A DNA stretch of 64,000 bases from Treponema sp. (lineage in GTDB: Bacteria; Spirochaetota; Spirochaetia; Treponematales; Treponemataceae): the NCBI GenBank assembly GCA_036300185.1, contig JAXJGY010000051.1:44693-108692 (forward strand), read 5' to 3'. Below, piece by piece: positions 1 to 10,408 of this stretch. The position numbers and the translations under genes are program-made. Below the pieces are notes generated by a model. That model saw nothing but the letters and a program-made list of their open reading frames with translations, was not told the origin of the DNA and made no database searches. Positions within the stretch are counted from its first letter, which is position 1. Every line of letters starts with the position of its first letter.

Positions 1-842
1 TGCTTTGATTTTTGCAGAGAAGATAAGAATTTAGGAATTTTTGATGCCTTTCGTGGTGTTATCATGGAATCGGCAATTAAAGTACCAATATGTCCTGCTC
101 CTACCAAGGCAATTTTATTCAGCTCAATAACCTGAGAACCACAGAGCTCTAAAAATTGATTCATGTGCTTTTTATGGGCAAGAATTCCCAGGTAATCCTC
201 TGCCTGTATTATAGTGGAGCCCATAGGAAGGGAAGCTTCTGTCTTGTTTTCTAGGTATACCAACAAGAAGGGAACATCGATAAATGTTCTCAAGTCTTGA
301 ACCTTTTGCCCGTCAAGACGACTTCCTTTTTCCACCTCTACACGCATAATTTCGTATTCAGAATTCTCAAAGGACAAAACATCGGTAACAGCCCCGTGTT
401 CAATGGCACGGAGAATTGCCAAGGCTGCTTCCTTGTCGGGATACACCATGTAGTCGATGCCGTAGAGGGGACGGACTTCTTTTTCCGCTTCTAGTGCTTT
501 GTGCTTTGCTGTTTTTTTTGCTTTAACGTGGTATTCGTAGTTGCGAACTCGTGCAATTTTCATTACCTCTGGATAGAGTGCTTCTACCAGAGAGCAGGTA
601 ATCATGTTAACTTCATCAGAGTTGGTGAGCATAATCAAGGCATCTGCCTTTGCAATGCCCGCCTCCTCCAATGTTTCTAGGCTATTGCCGTCTGCATGGA
701 TAACCATGCAGTCCAGCTTATTGGATACGTGTCGTACTGTTTCCTCGTCGTTGTCAATGATGACAACATCGTTTTTTTCGGAGATAAGCTTTTTTGCAAG
801 CTCGGTACCAGTAAGGCCCGCTCCTATAATTATTATCTTCAT
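1..842 (-). CDS. trkA: K+ uptake protein TrkA (NAD-binding peripheral subunit); C-terminal part lies outside the window
   Basis: Absent from the ORF track because there is no stop inside the window. Reverse complement from CAT 840-842 reads MKIIIIGAGLTGTELAKKLISEKNDVVIIDNDEETVRHVSNKLD..., a Rossmann GxGxxG TrkA-N domain. Track ORFs 297-494(+) and 604-855(+) are its antisense shadows. Confidence 0.8.
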   Translation of the reverse strand, partial: MKIIIIGAGLTGTELAKKLISEKNDVVIIDNDEETVRHVSNKLDCMVIHADGNSLETLEEAGIAKADALIMLTNSDEVNMITCSLVEALYPEVMKIARVRNYEYHVKAKKTAKHKALEAEKEVRPLYGIDYMVYPDKEAALAILRAIEHGAVTDVLSFENSEYEIMRVEVEKGSRLDGQKVQDLRTFIDVPFLLVYLENKTEASLPMGSTIIQAEDYLGILAHKKHMNQFLELCGSQVIELNKIALVGAGHIGTLIADSMITPRKASKIPKFLSSLQKSK

Positions 843-868
843 AATGAAGCTCTAATTACCCCTAGAAA

Positions 869-1480
869 TTAAGACTCCTGAGACAATTTTGATTTTTTTC
901 CAGCGGTGGCATAAAGTACACCTGTTACTCCACCACAGATGATTCCTGCAGCAATAGCCTCAGAGGCTGCATTAGGCAATAGCAGCAAAATGAAGGCACC
1001 AAGTCCAGCCCCTTCCATCAAGGCTGTTACCTGGGAGCCTGCAAAGGCATAGAGAGCCAAGGCTACAAAGATGGTGTGACAAAGGGTTGCCAATACTGCT
1101 GACAGTGCTGACCCCACTGCCTTGGGGAGATTTACCTTTGTAAGTAGAATAAAGATATAGGCTGCCACCAATCCAAGGAGTACTCGTGGTAATACAGAAA
1201 TCAAGGGATTTACAAAGAGGATATCAAGTCCACCAGCACTTTGAGATGCCTGATAAAGGCTTGTTAATCCAAAGATAAGACCAATACAAGCTCCAGCAAG
1301 GGGACCTGCAATCAATGCACCCAAAATTGTAGGAATGTGCAACAGGGTGATGGCTAGTCCCCAAGGCAGACGAATGTATCCAATAACAGGCAAAAGCCCA
1401 AACAGAACAGTGAGAGCACCTAAGGCTCCGATGATAGCAAGCTTTTTATTTAAGCTATGGTTTGCATTAATAGTATTCAT
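869..1480 (-). CDS. ECF-transporter S-component-like integral membrane protein (substrate unknown)
   Basis: 203 aa with about six hydrophobic helices. Gly/Ala-rich helix HIPTILGALIAGPLAGACIGLIFGLTS is typical of ECF S components; family assignment is from memory only. Confidence 0.55.
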   Translation of the reverse strand: MNTINANHSLNKKLAIIGALGALTVLFGLLPVIGYIRLPWGLAITLLHIPTILGALIAGPLAGACIGLIFGLTSLYQASQSAGGLDILFVNPLISVLPRVLLGLVAAYIFILLTKVNLPKAVGSALSAVLATLCHTIFVALALYAFAGSQVTALMEGAGLGAFILLLLPNAASEAIAAGIICGGVTGVLYATAGKKSKLSQES

Positions 1481-1552
1481 AGTCTTCCACTATAGTTAAT
1501 GGTAAGATATAAAGTCAAGAGGGCAGTATTGAACAGGAGACTAAAAAATGGG

Positions 1553-1558
1553 TATACT
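1553..1558 (+). promoter_or_regulatory. -10 box TATACT placed 6 nt upstream of the ychJ ATG (candidate leaderless promoter)
   Basis: TATACT-cacagc-ATG(1565); no purine-rich SD in the spacer. Confidence 0.35.
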
Positions 1559-1564
1559 CACAGC

Positions 1565-2065
1565 ATGAGTAATGCTAAAACCACTTGTCCCTGCGGTTCT
1601 GGCCGGGACTATTCAGCTTGTTGTGAGCCCATTATTAAGGGAACTAGTCTTGCCGCCACAGCGGAAGAATTGATGCGGGCTCGGTATTCTGCCTACGAAA
1701 AGCAGGAAATCGATTTTATCATCAACACCTGTGAAGCAAATGGTGATAAAACAGACATTGATCGTGATGCCACTAAGGCATGGAGTGAAGAGTCCACTTG
1801 GCATGGTCTTAAGATTCTCCGTACTGAAAAGGGTGGAGCTGATGATACAGAAGGTGTTGTAGAATTTCAGGCTACCTACAGTCGTAAGGGGCTTAAAGAT
1901 GTACATCACGAAACAGGCTACTTCAAGAAGATTGACGGAAAGTGGATGTATTCCACTGGTAGCTTAAAGACCACAACTGTTGTTCGTGAGGGGCGAAAAA
2001 TCGGTCGTAACGAGCCTTGTCCCTGTGGTTCTGGAAAGAAATATAAGGCCTGCTGTGGCAGATAA
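1565..2065 (+). CDS. ychJ: YchJ/UPF0225 family protein with SEC-C metal-binding motifs at both ends
   Basis: [13 protein letters not shown] near the N-terminus and [13 protein letters not shown] at the C-terminus. Start moved from track 1499 to ATG 1565 ([13 protein letters not shown]). Confidence 0.75.
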   Translation: MSNAKTTCPCGSGRDYSACCEPIIKGTSLAATAEELMRARYSAYEKQEIDFIINTCEANGDKTDIDRDATKAWSEESTWHGLKILRTEKGGADDTEGVVEFQATYSRKGLKDVHHETGYFKKIDGKWMYSTGSLKTTTVVREGRKIGRNEPCPCGSGKKYKACCGR

Positions 2066-2831
2066 ATATATTTCTGGCTTTCATGCCATTGAAGAACGCT
2101 TGCGAAGCTTTCGTTCAGCTGAAACAACAGGTGAATGGGAGCTTCTCTATGCAAACCCTGGTCCTCGTGTAAAAAAGATTTTGGCTCAGGCTAAGGAAGC
2201 TGGTATTGTTTCCACTCAGGTGGAAAAGAAAGTGCTAGATTCCTTGGTTTCATCCTTGCCTGAAACAGCCCAGGATCACCGAGGACTTTTGTTGCGTCTG
2301 ACAGGTGAATCTGCCGATCCACAAAACTTGGTGGATTTTTCCCAGTGGATTAAAACTTCACGGAATCAGGCCCTTGTACTGGTGCTTGATTCCATTACCG
2401 ATCCCCACAATGTAGGTGCAATTCTCCGTAGCTGTGATCAGTTTGGGGTGGATTTGGTGGTAATGCCCGAACGCAGAAGCCTGAAGGATCCCTTGGAAAA
2501 CGAGGTGGTGGGAAGATCCAGTGCTGGAGCCAGTGCTTGGGTTCCCGTGGCCACTGTTGCCAATCTTGTTCGTGTAACGGAGCAATTAAAGGAAGCTGGA
2601 TTCTGGGTATACGGTGCAGATGCTGGAGGAAGCTCTGCTACCACTGTGGAGTTCCCTGAAAAAACAGTTCTCATTATGGGGAGCGAAGGAAAGGGTATTG
2701 GTCGCCTTCTGGAGGAACAATGTGATTCCATCGTTTCCATTCCAACCTGTGGTCGCTTAGACAGTCTGAATGTATCTGTGGCTACTGGTGTGTTGTTGTA
2801 CGAGGTGAGACGGCAACGTCCAAAATCCTAG
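2055..2831 (+). CDS. rlmB: SpoU/TrmH-family RNA 2'-O-methyltransferase, RlmB-like
   Basis: N-terminal [11 protein letters not shown] substrate-binding domain plus SpoU motifs [27 protein letters not shown] and [22 protein letters not shown]. Start uncertain: track ORF 1980 overlaps ychJ, and GTG 2055 is the first plausible start. Confidence 0.75.
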   Translation: MADKYISGFHAIEERLRSFRSAETTGEWELLYANPGPRVKKILAQAKEAGIVSTQVEKKVLDSLVSSLPETAQDHRGLLLRLTGESADPQNLVDFSQWIKTSRNQALVLVLDSITDPHNVGAILRSCDQFGVDLVVMPERRSLKDPLENEVVGRSSAGASAWVPVATVANLVRVTEQLKEAGFWVYGADAGGSSATTVEFPEKTVLIMGSEGKGIGRLLEEQCDSIVSIPTCGRLDSLNVSVATGVLLYEVRRQRPKS

Positions 2832-2859
2832 TAATACTGACGGGACTGAGGAGTATTTC

Positions 2860-3723
2860 ATGTCAAAGACAGATACAGAGGTGGGAGTCTCTGAACAGCA
2901 AATAAAAGAAATCAAGAAAGCTGCCAAGAATCGGATTAAGGCGGTAAAGGCTTCTGCAAAGGAAGAAATTCAGCGTATCCAGATGGAGCGCTACGCTGCC
3001 TTAAAGCCTGCTAAGGCTGCAAAAAAAGTAGAAAAGGCTCAGCAAAAAGCTGAACAAAAAGCCTATGAAGCTACCATTCCCAAACGATATTCCATTGGAG
3101 AAGAGATTTTCAACTCAGTAACTCACGGAATCGGTGCGGGGCTGGCAGTGGCTGCCACAGTTCTCTTAGTGGTGAGAGCAGTATTTCTAGCTCCTGCTGG
3201 AGAAATAGGCTTTTACGTTACTAGCTTTGCCATCTTTGGTGCCTCCTTAGTGATTCTGTACCTCATGTCCACCCTGTATCATGCCCTTACTCCCTACGGA
3301 GCAAAAAAGATTTTTGCTATATTTGATCACTCTTCCATCTACCTCTTGATTGCAGGAACCTATACACCTTTCTGTTTAACGACCCTTCGTGGTGCAGTAG
3401 GTTGGACCTTGTTTGGAGTGATTTGGGTTTTGGCTGTGGCTGGCATGACATTCTACGCTATTTTTGGAAGCCGAATGCGGGTGCTTTCTGCTATTACCTA
3501 CATCTTGATGGGTTGGTTGGTGGTTTTTGCCATTAAACCGATGGTGCAGAACCTGAATCCCTTGAGCCTAAAGCTTGTGGTAGCTGGTGGTATTGCCTAT
3601 ACGGTGGGCTGTATCTTTTACGCAATGAAAAAAATCAAGTGGATGCATTGTATCTGGCATCTTTTCGTAATCTGTGGAAGTATTTTCCACTTTTTTGCGG
3701 TGTATTTTTCTTTGCCAGCATAA
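2860..3723 (+). CDS. Hemolysin-III/PAQR family membrane protein with a ~70-aa Lys/Ala/Glu-rich N-terminal extension
   Basis: [16 protein letters not shown] and [17 protein letters not shown] motifs, seven hydrophobic helices, GAGGAG SD upstream. Confidence 0.8.
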   Translation: MSKTDTEVGVSEQQIKEIKKAAKNRIKAVKASAKEEIQRIQMERYAALKPAKAAKKVEKAQQKAEQKAYEATIPKRYSIGEEIFNSVTHGIGAGLAVAATVLLVVRAVFLAPAGEIGFYVTSFAIFGASLVILYLMSTLYHALTPYGAKKIFAIFDHSSIYLLIAGTYTPFCLTTLRGAVGWTLFGVIWVLAVAGMTFYAIFGSRMRVLSAITYILMGWLVVFAIKPMVQNLNPLSLKLVVAGGIAYTVGCIFYAMKKIKWMHCIWHLFVICGSIFHFFAVYFSLPA

Positions 3724-3745
3724 TTTGATTAATTGAAGTCTCCTA

Positions 3746-6178
3746 ATGCAGGCTTTTACTACTGACTGCTGGCGGAATGGTGTTGCAAATCTTCCCATTA
3801 CTGCCAGCCTTGATTCCATTGTCACTTCTCTCAAAGAATCTCCTTCCAGAAGCCTTGTTCTAACAGCGGAAACTGCCGCAGGTAAGTCCACTGTTGTTCC
3901 GCTCGCTTTGATGGAAGCTTTTTCTGGAAAAATTCTTGTAACAGAGCCTCGTCGTCTTGCTGTGGTGGCTGTGGCATCTCGTCACAGCGAGCTACTGGGA
4001 GAAAAGCTTGGTGCAACTGTTGGGTATCGCTTGCGGTATGATACCTGTGTTTCCTCTGCCACCAAGATTGAAGTGATGACCGATGCCATCCTCACAAGAA
4101 TTATCCAAAATAATCCAGCCTTAGATGGTATTTCTGTCATTGTTCTAGATGAATTTCACGAGGGTTCCTTACATACAGATCTTTCTTTGGCCTTTCTCAA
4201 AGAAATTATGTCCTTGCGGGATGATTTATATTTGGTGGTTATGTCTGCTACCATGGATGCTCAAAAGGTGGCAGAATTTTTAGGTGATGCTGAACAAGCT
4301 CCCATCTTCCATGTGGCAGGAAGGCAATTTCCTGTGGAAATCCAGTACCGTCCTCCTAAAAAATCCCAGAGCGGTTTTGTTGAAAATGCTGTTCTTTTGT
4401 CAGCTTGTGCTGCTGCAATTATGGATGAACTAAAAAATCCCTGGAATCAAAAGGATTGCGGGGCGATTTTAGCATTTTTGCCGGGAATTGGTGAAATCCG
4501 TGAATGTGGCCGCTTGTTGGAGACCCTCGGTGGAGCTGAACTGGCAGAAATTCTTTTGCTACATAGCTCCATTTCCTTGGAAGAACAGAAAAAGGTTTTA
4601 TCCAGTGCTGATTCTGGTCAGCGTCGGGTGATTTTAAGCTCTTCTATTGCAGAAACGAGTCTTACAGTTCCAGATGTAACGGTGGTTATTGATTGTGGAT
4701 TAAGTCGTGTAAGCCGATTTCATCACAACACTGATATGAGTCGTCTGGTGACAGAGGTGGAAAGCTCCTTTTCGGCAGAACAACGGACAGGTCGTGCTGG
4801 TCGTATCCAAGCAGGTTGTTGTGTGCGGCTCTGGTCTCAGGATGAAAGACGTCTTGCAAGTCCTCCTCCAGAAATCACTCGTACTGACTTGCTTCCTGTG
4901 GTGCTGGAATGTGCCCGCTGGGGAGTCTCTAACGTGGATGGTTTAAAGTGGCTGGACAATCCATCTTCTGGTGGCTGGAATGCAGCGGTAGAATTGCTTC
5001 AAACTATGGCTTGCCTTGATTCTCAAGGAAGCATTACTGCATTAGGCTGCAAAGTTCTGGAGCTAGGAGTTCATCCTCGAATTGGTTGTGTGGCTTTAAG
5101 TGGAAAACCAGATGCACTGCGATTAGCTGCATGCTACGGTAGTGCCGATTCAGTGGAGGAAAAGCGTCTTTTTGCTGATTTGCAGCGGAAGGTGAGTCCT
5201 TCTTCCTTGAAAAAGGCTACAGGGGACTCCAAGGAACAATCTCTTTCTTCAGATTCCTCAGATTCATCTCTAGCGCTTTTGTATGGTTTTCCAGATCGAT
5301 TGGCAAAATCAGTGGGTGAGGGGAGTTATCAATTTCCTTCAGGCCGTACCGCACAGCTTGCTTCCCGATCTTCTTCTCAAGTCTCGTTAGGAAACACCTT
5401 CCCCAAATGGATTGTAGGTATAGAAGTTGATGCTGGTTCATCCACTGGCCGTATCCTTCGTTGGGAAGTCCTTGCTTCTGAGTCAGTGGAAGCTTGGTTG
5501 CAAGATCACGCCACAGAAGCGGTGGAGCTAGATGTAGATGATAATTCTGGCAAGGTGGTAAAACATCAAGTGAAGCGATACGGTAAGCTAGAGCTGGAGC
5601 GTAGGCGGCTTGTTCCTGACTCCTGCGATGTGGCTCAGGCTCTTTGTAGCCAGCTGCGACGAAAAGGCTTTGAAAGTCTGCCGCTTTCCCCACAAAGTGA
5701 CTCCTTGTTGCTCCGTTGCAATCTGCTCCGTGAAATTACAGGGAAGGAGAGACTGGAAAAAGCTTTCTTGATGGATGCTTTGGAGCAATGGCTGCTTCCC
5801 TTCCTTGGTTCAAGTACAAAGCTCACTGCCGACGTGGTGTATCAAGGCTTGTACTGGTTTTGTGAAGGTAGTTTAGTAGATCAAGAAATTCCGCTTGTAA
5901 TTAACCTATCCAACGGTAAACGGAGAAAATTAAAATACGAGATTATCGCTGGAAAAACCACACCTGTGCTTGAGGTAATTATTCAGGATATGTTCGGCTG
6001 CTTTGAAACTCCTGTGGTGGCAGGTATTCCTGTTCTATTACGCTTATTGTCTCCTGCAAGCCGACCTTTGCAGGTTACCACAGATTTAGCTGGATTTTGG
6101 GATACCAGCTGGCCTCAAATTTGTAAGGAAATGAAAGGGCGTTATCCCAAGCATAACTGGGACTACAAAAAATCATAA
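3746..6178 (+). CDS. hrpB: ATP-dependent helicase HrpB (DEAH/RHA family)
   Basis: Walker A AETAAGKST, LDEFHE box, SSSIAETSLT and QRTGRAGR motifs, and a conserved HrpB C-terminal domain ending ...GRYPKHNWDY. Confidence 0.8.
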   Translation: MQAFTTDCWRNGVANLPITASLDSIVTSLKESPSRSLVLTAETAAGKSTVVPLALMEAFSGKILVTEPRRLAVVAVASRHSELLGEKLGATVGYRLRYDTCVSSATKIEVMTDAILTRIIQNNPALDGISVIVLDEFHEGSLHTDLSLAFLKEIMSLRDDLYLVVMSATMDAQKVAEFLGDAEQAPIFHVAGRQFPVEIQYRPPKKSQSGFVENAVLLSACAAAIMDELKNPWNQKDCGAILAFLPGIGEIRECGRLLETLGGAELAEILLLHSSISLEEQKKVLSSADSGQRRVILSSSIAETSLTVPDVTVVIDCGLSRVSRFHHNTDMSRLVTEVESSFSAEQRTGRAGRIQAGCCVRLWSQDERRLASPPPEITRTDLLPVVLECARWGVSNVDGLKWLDNPSSGGWNAAVELLQTMACLDSQGSITALGCKVLELGVHPRIGCVALSGKPDALRLAACYGSADSVEEKRLFADLQRKVSPSSLKKATGDSKEQSLSSDSSDSSLALLYGFPDRLAKSVGEGSYQFPSGRTAQLASRSSSQVSLGNTFPKWIVGIEVDAGSSTGRILRWEVLASESVEAWLQDHATEAVELDVDDNSGKVVKHQVKRYGKLELERRRLVPDSCDVAQALCSQLRRKGFESLPLSPQSDSLLLRCNLLREITGKERLEKAFLMDALEQWLLPFLGSSTKLTADVVYQGLYWFCEGSLVDQEIPLVINLSNGKRRKLKYEIIAGKTTPVLEVIIQDMFGCFETPVVAGIPVLLRLLSPASRPLQVTTDLAGFWDTSWPQICKEMKGRYPKHNWDYKKS

Positions 6179-6263
6179 CAATTTTATAAAAAAAACAAAA
6201 AATTATTTGCTAATTTTTAAATTTTCCCATTATAATTATGACAACACAGAAAAGGAGGTGCTG

Positions 6264-7553
6264 GTGATAAAAGAATTAAAAGATGAAACTGTGTCCCGAA
6301 AAACTCAATATTTATTATTATCTGGAATGCCCCTATTTTTTATTATAGCGGGCTTTTTTCTACAACCAATTAATACTATCATTCCAGGTATCTGGACTTT
6401 AATGATAGAACCTGATTTTCTTATTACAGATTATTTTGTGGTAGGTGGTATTGGTTCAGCCTTTATTAATGCAGGCTTAATTACCTTAATGTGTCTTTGG
6501 CTTGCTTATGCCTTGGGGCTAGAAGTGGAAGGGCATACCATTACCTCTGCTTATCTTATGTTTGGATTTGCCCTTTTTGGCAAAAACCTGATGAATATTT
6601 GGTCAATCCTTGCAGGTGTATTTTTATATTCTTGGTATCACAAGACTTCACTTTCTCGTTATCTTTATGTTGGATTTTACGGAACAGCTCTTTCTCCCAT
6701 TATCACCCAGATGATGCATTTAGAAGGGCTTCCTTCCCCAGTATTGATTGCTTTGGGTATCCTTATAGGTATTACCATGGGATTCGTTCTTCCTCCACTA
6801 TCAACTCATGTACACTATTCCCATTTGGGATATTCCTTGTACAATGTTGGTTTTGCCTGTGGAATCATTGCCACGGTGGTGGTTTCCCTGCTTCGGTCTC
6901 TTGAGGTAGAGGTGGGCTATAGATTGTATTGGTATACTGGTGGAAACAAGGTTTTGGCCATTGTTTTGTACACTTTTTTTATCGGTCTCATAATAATAAG
7001 TCTGATTTTCAAGGGAAATCGAACTCTCAAAGGCTATGTGAATATTCTTAAAACCACTGGCATCGGTGGAACAGATTATGTTAAAGCTGAGGGTTTCTAT
7101 GTTTCTGGCTTTAATATGGGAATAAATGGTCTTATTGCCACTACCTTTGTACTGCTTGTAGGTGGTGATTTGAATGGTCCTACCATTGGTGGCATTATGA
7201 CTGTTGTTGGTTTTGGAACCACTGGTAAGCACTTGAGGAATATTTTGCCGGTTATGGTGGGTGTATTGCTTGCTAGCTTACCTACCACATGGACAATAAC
7301 CACTCCTGGCCCTATGCTAGCCCTTCTGTTTTGTACAACCCTTGCTCCTGTAGCTGGTGAGTTTGGTATCATTGCAGGAATTATTGCTGGTATTCTTCAT
7401 TTTGCGGTGGTAATGAATGTAGGGACCGTTTATGCTGGTATGAATTTGTATAATAATGGATTTGCAGGAGGGCTTGTGGCCATCTTTATGGTACCCTTCT
7501 TGAACTCCATTCGAGACCGACGGGCCCGTGCTCGTGGTCACCTGTCCCTGTAG
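6264..7553 (+). CDS. Polytopic membrane protein, DUF1576-like
   Basis: About 12 hydrophobic segments; DUF1576 resemblance is from memory only. Start placed at GTG 6264, 5 nt after AAGGAGG (6252-6258), instead of track TTG 6207. Confidence 0.5.
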   Translation: MIKELKDETVSRKTQYLLLSGMPLFFIIAGFFLQPINTIIPGIWTLMIEPDFLITDYFVVGGIGSAFINAGLITLMCLWLAYALGLEVEGHTITSAYLMFGFALFGKNLMNIWSILAGVFLYSWYHKTSLSRYLYVGFYGTALSPIITQMMHLEGLPSPVLIALGILIGITMGFVLPPLSTHVHYSHLGYSLYNVGFACGIIATVVVSLLRSLEVEVGYRLYWYTGGNKVLAIVLYTFFIGLIIISLIFKGNRTLKGYVNILKTTGIGGTDYVKAEGFYVSGFNMGINGLIATTFVLLVGGDLNGPTIGGIMTVVGFGTTGKHLRNILPVMVGVLLASLPTTWTITTPGPMLALLFCTTLAPVAGEFGIIAGIIAGILHFAVVMNVGTVYAGMNLYNNGFAGGLVAIFMVPFLNSIRDRRARARGHLSL

Positions 7554-7582
7554 TTTGGCTTGCGGAAAGGCTGTTTTTCCAG

Positions 7583-7588
7583 TATGCT
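7583..7588 (+). promoter_or_regulatory. -10-like TATGCT 6 nt upstream of the dnaX ATG (candidate leaderless promoter)
   Basis: TATGCT-tgtttc-ATG(7595); no SD. Confidence 0.3.
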
Positions 7589-7594
7589 TGTTTC

Positions 7595-9373
7595 ATGGCT
7601 TATGAAGTAACGGCAACTCGTCGTCGCCCCCAGGATTTTGATAGTCTTGCGGGGCAGGAATTTGTAGCATCCACCCTAAAGAACGCAATTCAATCTGGAA
7701 AGATTGCCCACGCATATTTATTTTCTGGCCCACGAGGCTGTGGAAAAACCTCCTCTGCACGTATTCTGGCTAAGGCTTTGAATTGTCAGCAGGGGCCTGT
7801 AGCCCAGCCCTGTGGTCAATGTTCTGCTTGTCAGGAAATTACCCGTGGTGCCAGTATGGATGTGATTGAAATTGACGGTGCTTCAAATACTAGCGTCAAC
7901 GATATTCGCCAGATTAAGGATGAAGTGCTTTTTCCACCTAATTCTTATCGTTATAAGATTTATATTATTGACGAAGTTCACATGCTGTCTACCAGTGCCT
8001 TCAATGCCTTGCTTAAAACCATTGAGGAGCCACCGCCATACGTTATCTTTATCTTTGCAACCACGGAATTGCACAAGGTTCCTGCCACAATAAAAAGTCG
8101 CTGTCAGCAGTTTCATTTTCGTCTTGTGGCTGTGGAGCAGCTAAAGGATCTATTAGCTCAAGCTGCAGCGGAAATCGGTTTACAGGCAGAAGATGAGGCC
8201 TTGTATTGGATTGCACGCGAGGCTACCGGTAGCGTTCGTGATGCCTACACCCTTTTTGATCAGGTAGCATCTTTTTCTGCTGGTCACATCACCTTTGAAA
8301 AGATTCGTGAAACCTTAGGCTTAGTAGGTTTAGATACCATGAATCTGCTTTTTGAAACCTGTGTTACAGCTAATACGGCTTCTGCCTTAGAGCAGCTAGA
8401 GAGTCTTTTGCAAAGTGGTGTTTCCATTGAACAATTTATTACTGATTGTAGCAACTATATCAGAAGTCTTTTGCTGATTAAGTCTGGTATTACACGGGAA
8501 TCTCTTCTTGGACAATCTCCAGAACGATATTCTCAGCAGGTGTTAGCAAGCTGGAGTGTGGCCCAGCTGGAACGAGCCTTGTCCTTGTTCTTGAATCTGT
8601 ATCGAGACATTCGATACTCCACAAGTCCACGATATGAGGTGGATTTGGCTCTTTCACGGCTCTGTGGTATTTCTTCTTTTGTGTCACCTCAAGAGGTTTT
8701 CCAGGCTATGGAGTCGGTACGCCAGCTGCTGGGTGGGGCTCTGCCGCAGGCTAAGTCGCAAGGCTCTCCACAGGTACCTCAAAGCCAATCTCTACAACAG
8801 GGGCGTCCAAACCCTTTTGCTAATGGCGGCGCTGTACCGCCTGAACACCGGCATTTTACCAGTGATTTGGGTGGAACTATGGTTTCTCGACCTAAGCCTG
8901 TTCTGCCACAAGTTTCTCCACAGCCCGTTACAGGAGACCGTAGTGGTGTTATGCCAGCTGTAAAACCTGTGGAAAAGGCTGCTCCAGCGGTGATACCTTC
9001 AAGTACTCAAGAAAATTCTACTAGACCAGTTATTTCTAGTGAAGCAAAGCTGTCTCCAGAGAAGCTGAAGGAAAAGCTCGTAGAAGAATTATCCTTGAGT
9101 CATCCTTCTACAGCCTCTGGCCTTTTGAATTCTCAGTGGCAATTTGAAGAAACTCAGTTAAAGGTATTTGTAGCAAGTTCTTTTGCTGTAAATCAGCTAC
9201 AAAAGGATAAGGCCTTGATAATTGACTTGCTCCAGCGTTTTTCTGGAGAAAATTTCCAAGTAGAATTTCAGTTACGACAGGCTTCTCAAAGGCTTGTGGC
9301 AGAAGTCGTTCAATCAAATCAAGTAGATATAATTTGTAAGGTGTTTAAAGGCACCATAGTAGGAGAGTCATAG
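7595..9373 (+). CDS. dnaX: DNA polymerase III subunit gamma/tau
   Basis: GPRGCGKTS Walker A, CGQCSACQEI zinc module, IIDEVHML and ATIKSRCQQF motifs, then a Pro/Gln/Ser-rich linker and C-terminal tau domain. Confidence 0.9.
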   Translation: MAYEVTATRRRPQDFDSLAGQEFVASTLKNAIQSGKIAHAYLFSGPRGCGKTSSARILAKALNCQQGPVAQPCGQCSACQEITRGASMDVIEIDGASNTSVNDIRQIKDEVLFPPNSYRYKIYIIDEVHMLSTSAFNALLKTIEEPPPYVIFIFATTELHKVPATIKSRCQQFHFRLVAVEQLKDLLAQAAAEIGLQAEDEALYWIAREATGSVRDAYTLFDQVASFSAGHITFEKIRETLGLVGLDTMNLLFETCVTANTASALEQLESLLQSGVSIEQFITDCSNYIRSLLLIKSGITRESLLGQSPERYSQQVLASWSVAQLERALSLFLNLYRDIRYSTSPRYEVDLALSRLCGISSFVSPQEVFQAMESVRQLLGGALPQAKSQGSPQVPQSQSLQQGRPNPFANGGAVPPEHRHFTSDLGGTMVSRPKPVLPQVSPQPVTGDRSGVMPAVKPVEKAAPAVIPSSTQENSTRPVISSEAKLSPEKLKEKLVEELSLSHPSTASGLLNSQWQFEETQLKVFVASSFAVNQLQKDKALIIDLLQRFSGENFQVEFQLRQASQRLVAEVVQSNQVDIICKVFKGTIVGES

Positions 9374-9374
9374 T

Positions 9375-9686
9375 ATGAATCCCTTTGATATACTGAAGAA
9401 TGCCCAGAGCTTTAAGGATCAGTTTAACAAGGTTCAGGAAGACCTGAAGTATTTACAGGCAACTGGTTCTGCTGGTGGTAACATTGTAAAGGTTACCATT
9501 AACGGTCAGTTTCAAGTGCAGCGGGTGGAATTAGATCCCATCGCTGTAGACCCACGAGATGTACCTATGTTGCAGGATTTGATTGTGGCTGCCAGCAAAG
9601 ACGCTCATGCACGTATGCTTGAATTGACTCGGGAGCGATTGGGGCCTATGTTGGGTGGACTGAATCTGCCTGGAATGGGACTGTAA
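9375..9686 (+). CDS. ybaB: Nucleoid-associated protein YbaB/EbfC
   Basis: 103 aa with the typical YbaB core (GSAGGNIVKVTINGQFQVQRVELDP), in the conserved dnaX-ybaB-recR position. Confidence 0.85.
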   Translation: MNPFDILKNAQSFKDQFNKVQEDLKYLQATGSAGGNIVKVTINGQFQVQRVELDPIAVDPRDVPMLQDLIVAASKDAHARMLELTRERLGPMLGGLNLPGMGL

Positions 9687-9688
9687 TC

Positions 9689-10276
9689 ATGAACGCATTG
9701 GAGGAACTGGCAGAATCTTTTTCTCGCTTGCCAGGTATTGGGAAAAAGAGTGCCAATCGTATTGCCACCCATCTTCTGAAGGCTGATTCCATTTTTTTAC
9801 AGCGGTTTGCTCATCAGCTTACCACTTTGCAGGAAAGAATTAAGCCCTGTAGCATCTGTGGGGCCTACACAGAGGTTGAACCCTGTGAAATCTGTTCCAA
9901 TCCAGCACGGGAGAGAAATCTCATCTGTGTGGTAGAGCAACCTCAAGATGTGCAAACCATAGAAGCCTCTCGTGAATATCACGGTTTATTCCATGTGTTA
10001 GGTGGAGTAATTTCACCCTTGGACGGCATTGGTCCCGAAAACCTTTCTTTCGGTAAATTGCTAGAACGAATCCATTCTGGCACCGTTACCGAGGTGATTA
10101 TTGCTACAAATCCCACGGTAGAAGGCGATACCACGGCTCTCTATCTTCAGCGTCTTTTAGAGGATTGTGATGTCACTCTTTCTCGCTTAGCTTCGGGACT
10201 TCCTGTTGGTGGTGATTTGGAATATGCAGATCGTCTTACCCTAGCTCGCAGCTTCCGTGGAAGAACCAGTTTGTAA
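9689..10276 (+). CDS. recR: Recombination protein RecR
   Basis: LPGIGKKSANRIA helix-hairpin-helix, C4 zinc finger CSICGAYTEVEPCEIC and a Toprim domain (LICVVEQPQDV). Confidence 0.9.
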   Translation: MNALEELAESFSRLPGIGKKSANRIATHLLKADSIFLQRFAHQLTTLQERIKPCSICGAYTEVEPCEICSNPARERNLICVVEQPQDVQTIEASREYHGLFHVLGGVISPLDGIGPENLSFGKLLERIHSGTVTEVIIATNPTVEGDTTALYLQRLLEDCDVTLSRLASGLPVGGDLEYADRLTLARSFRGRTSL

Positions 10277-10350
10277 AACAAGTCCCTCGTACAAGTTAAA
10301 ACTTTTGCTATATCATCCATATCAGCCGTGCAAAATCAATCAAGGCCAAT

Positions 10351-10385
10351 AAAAAAAAAGCTATCCAGCTTACACTGGATAGCTT
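10351..10385 (-). terminator. Rho-independent terminator of flaB
   Basis: Stem AAGCTATCCAG / CTGGATAGCTT (10358-10385) with a 6-nt loop, followed on the minus strand by a run of 9 T. Confidence 0.75.
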
Positions 10386-10408
10386 CTTGAAAGAATATAT
10401 AGAAAAGC

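Noticed and set aside
8080-8100. Programmed -1 frameshift site in dnaX (ATAAAAAGT)
   Set aside because: It is not an A-AAA-AAG heptamer. It encodes the conserved ATIKSRC motif, and no downstream stem-loop was noted.
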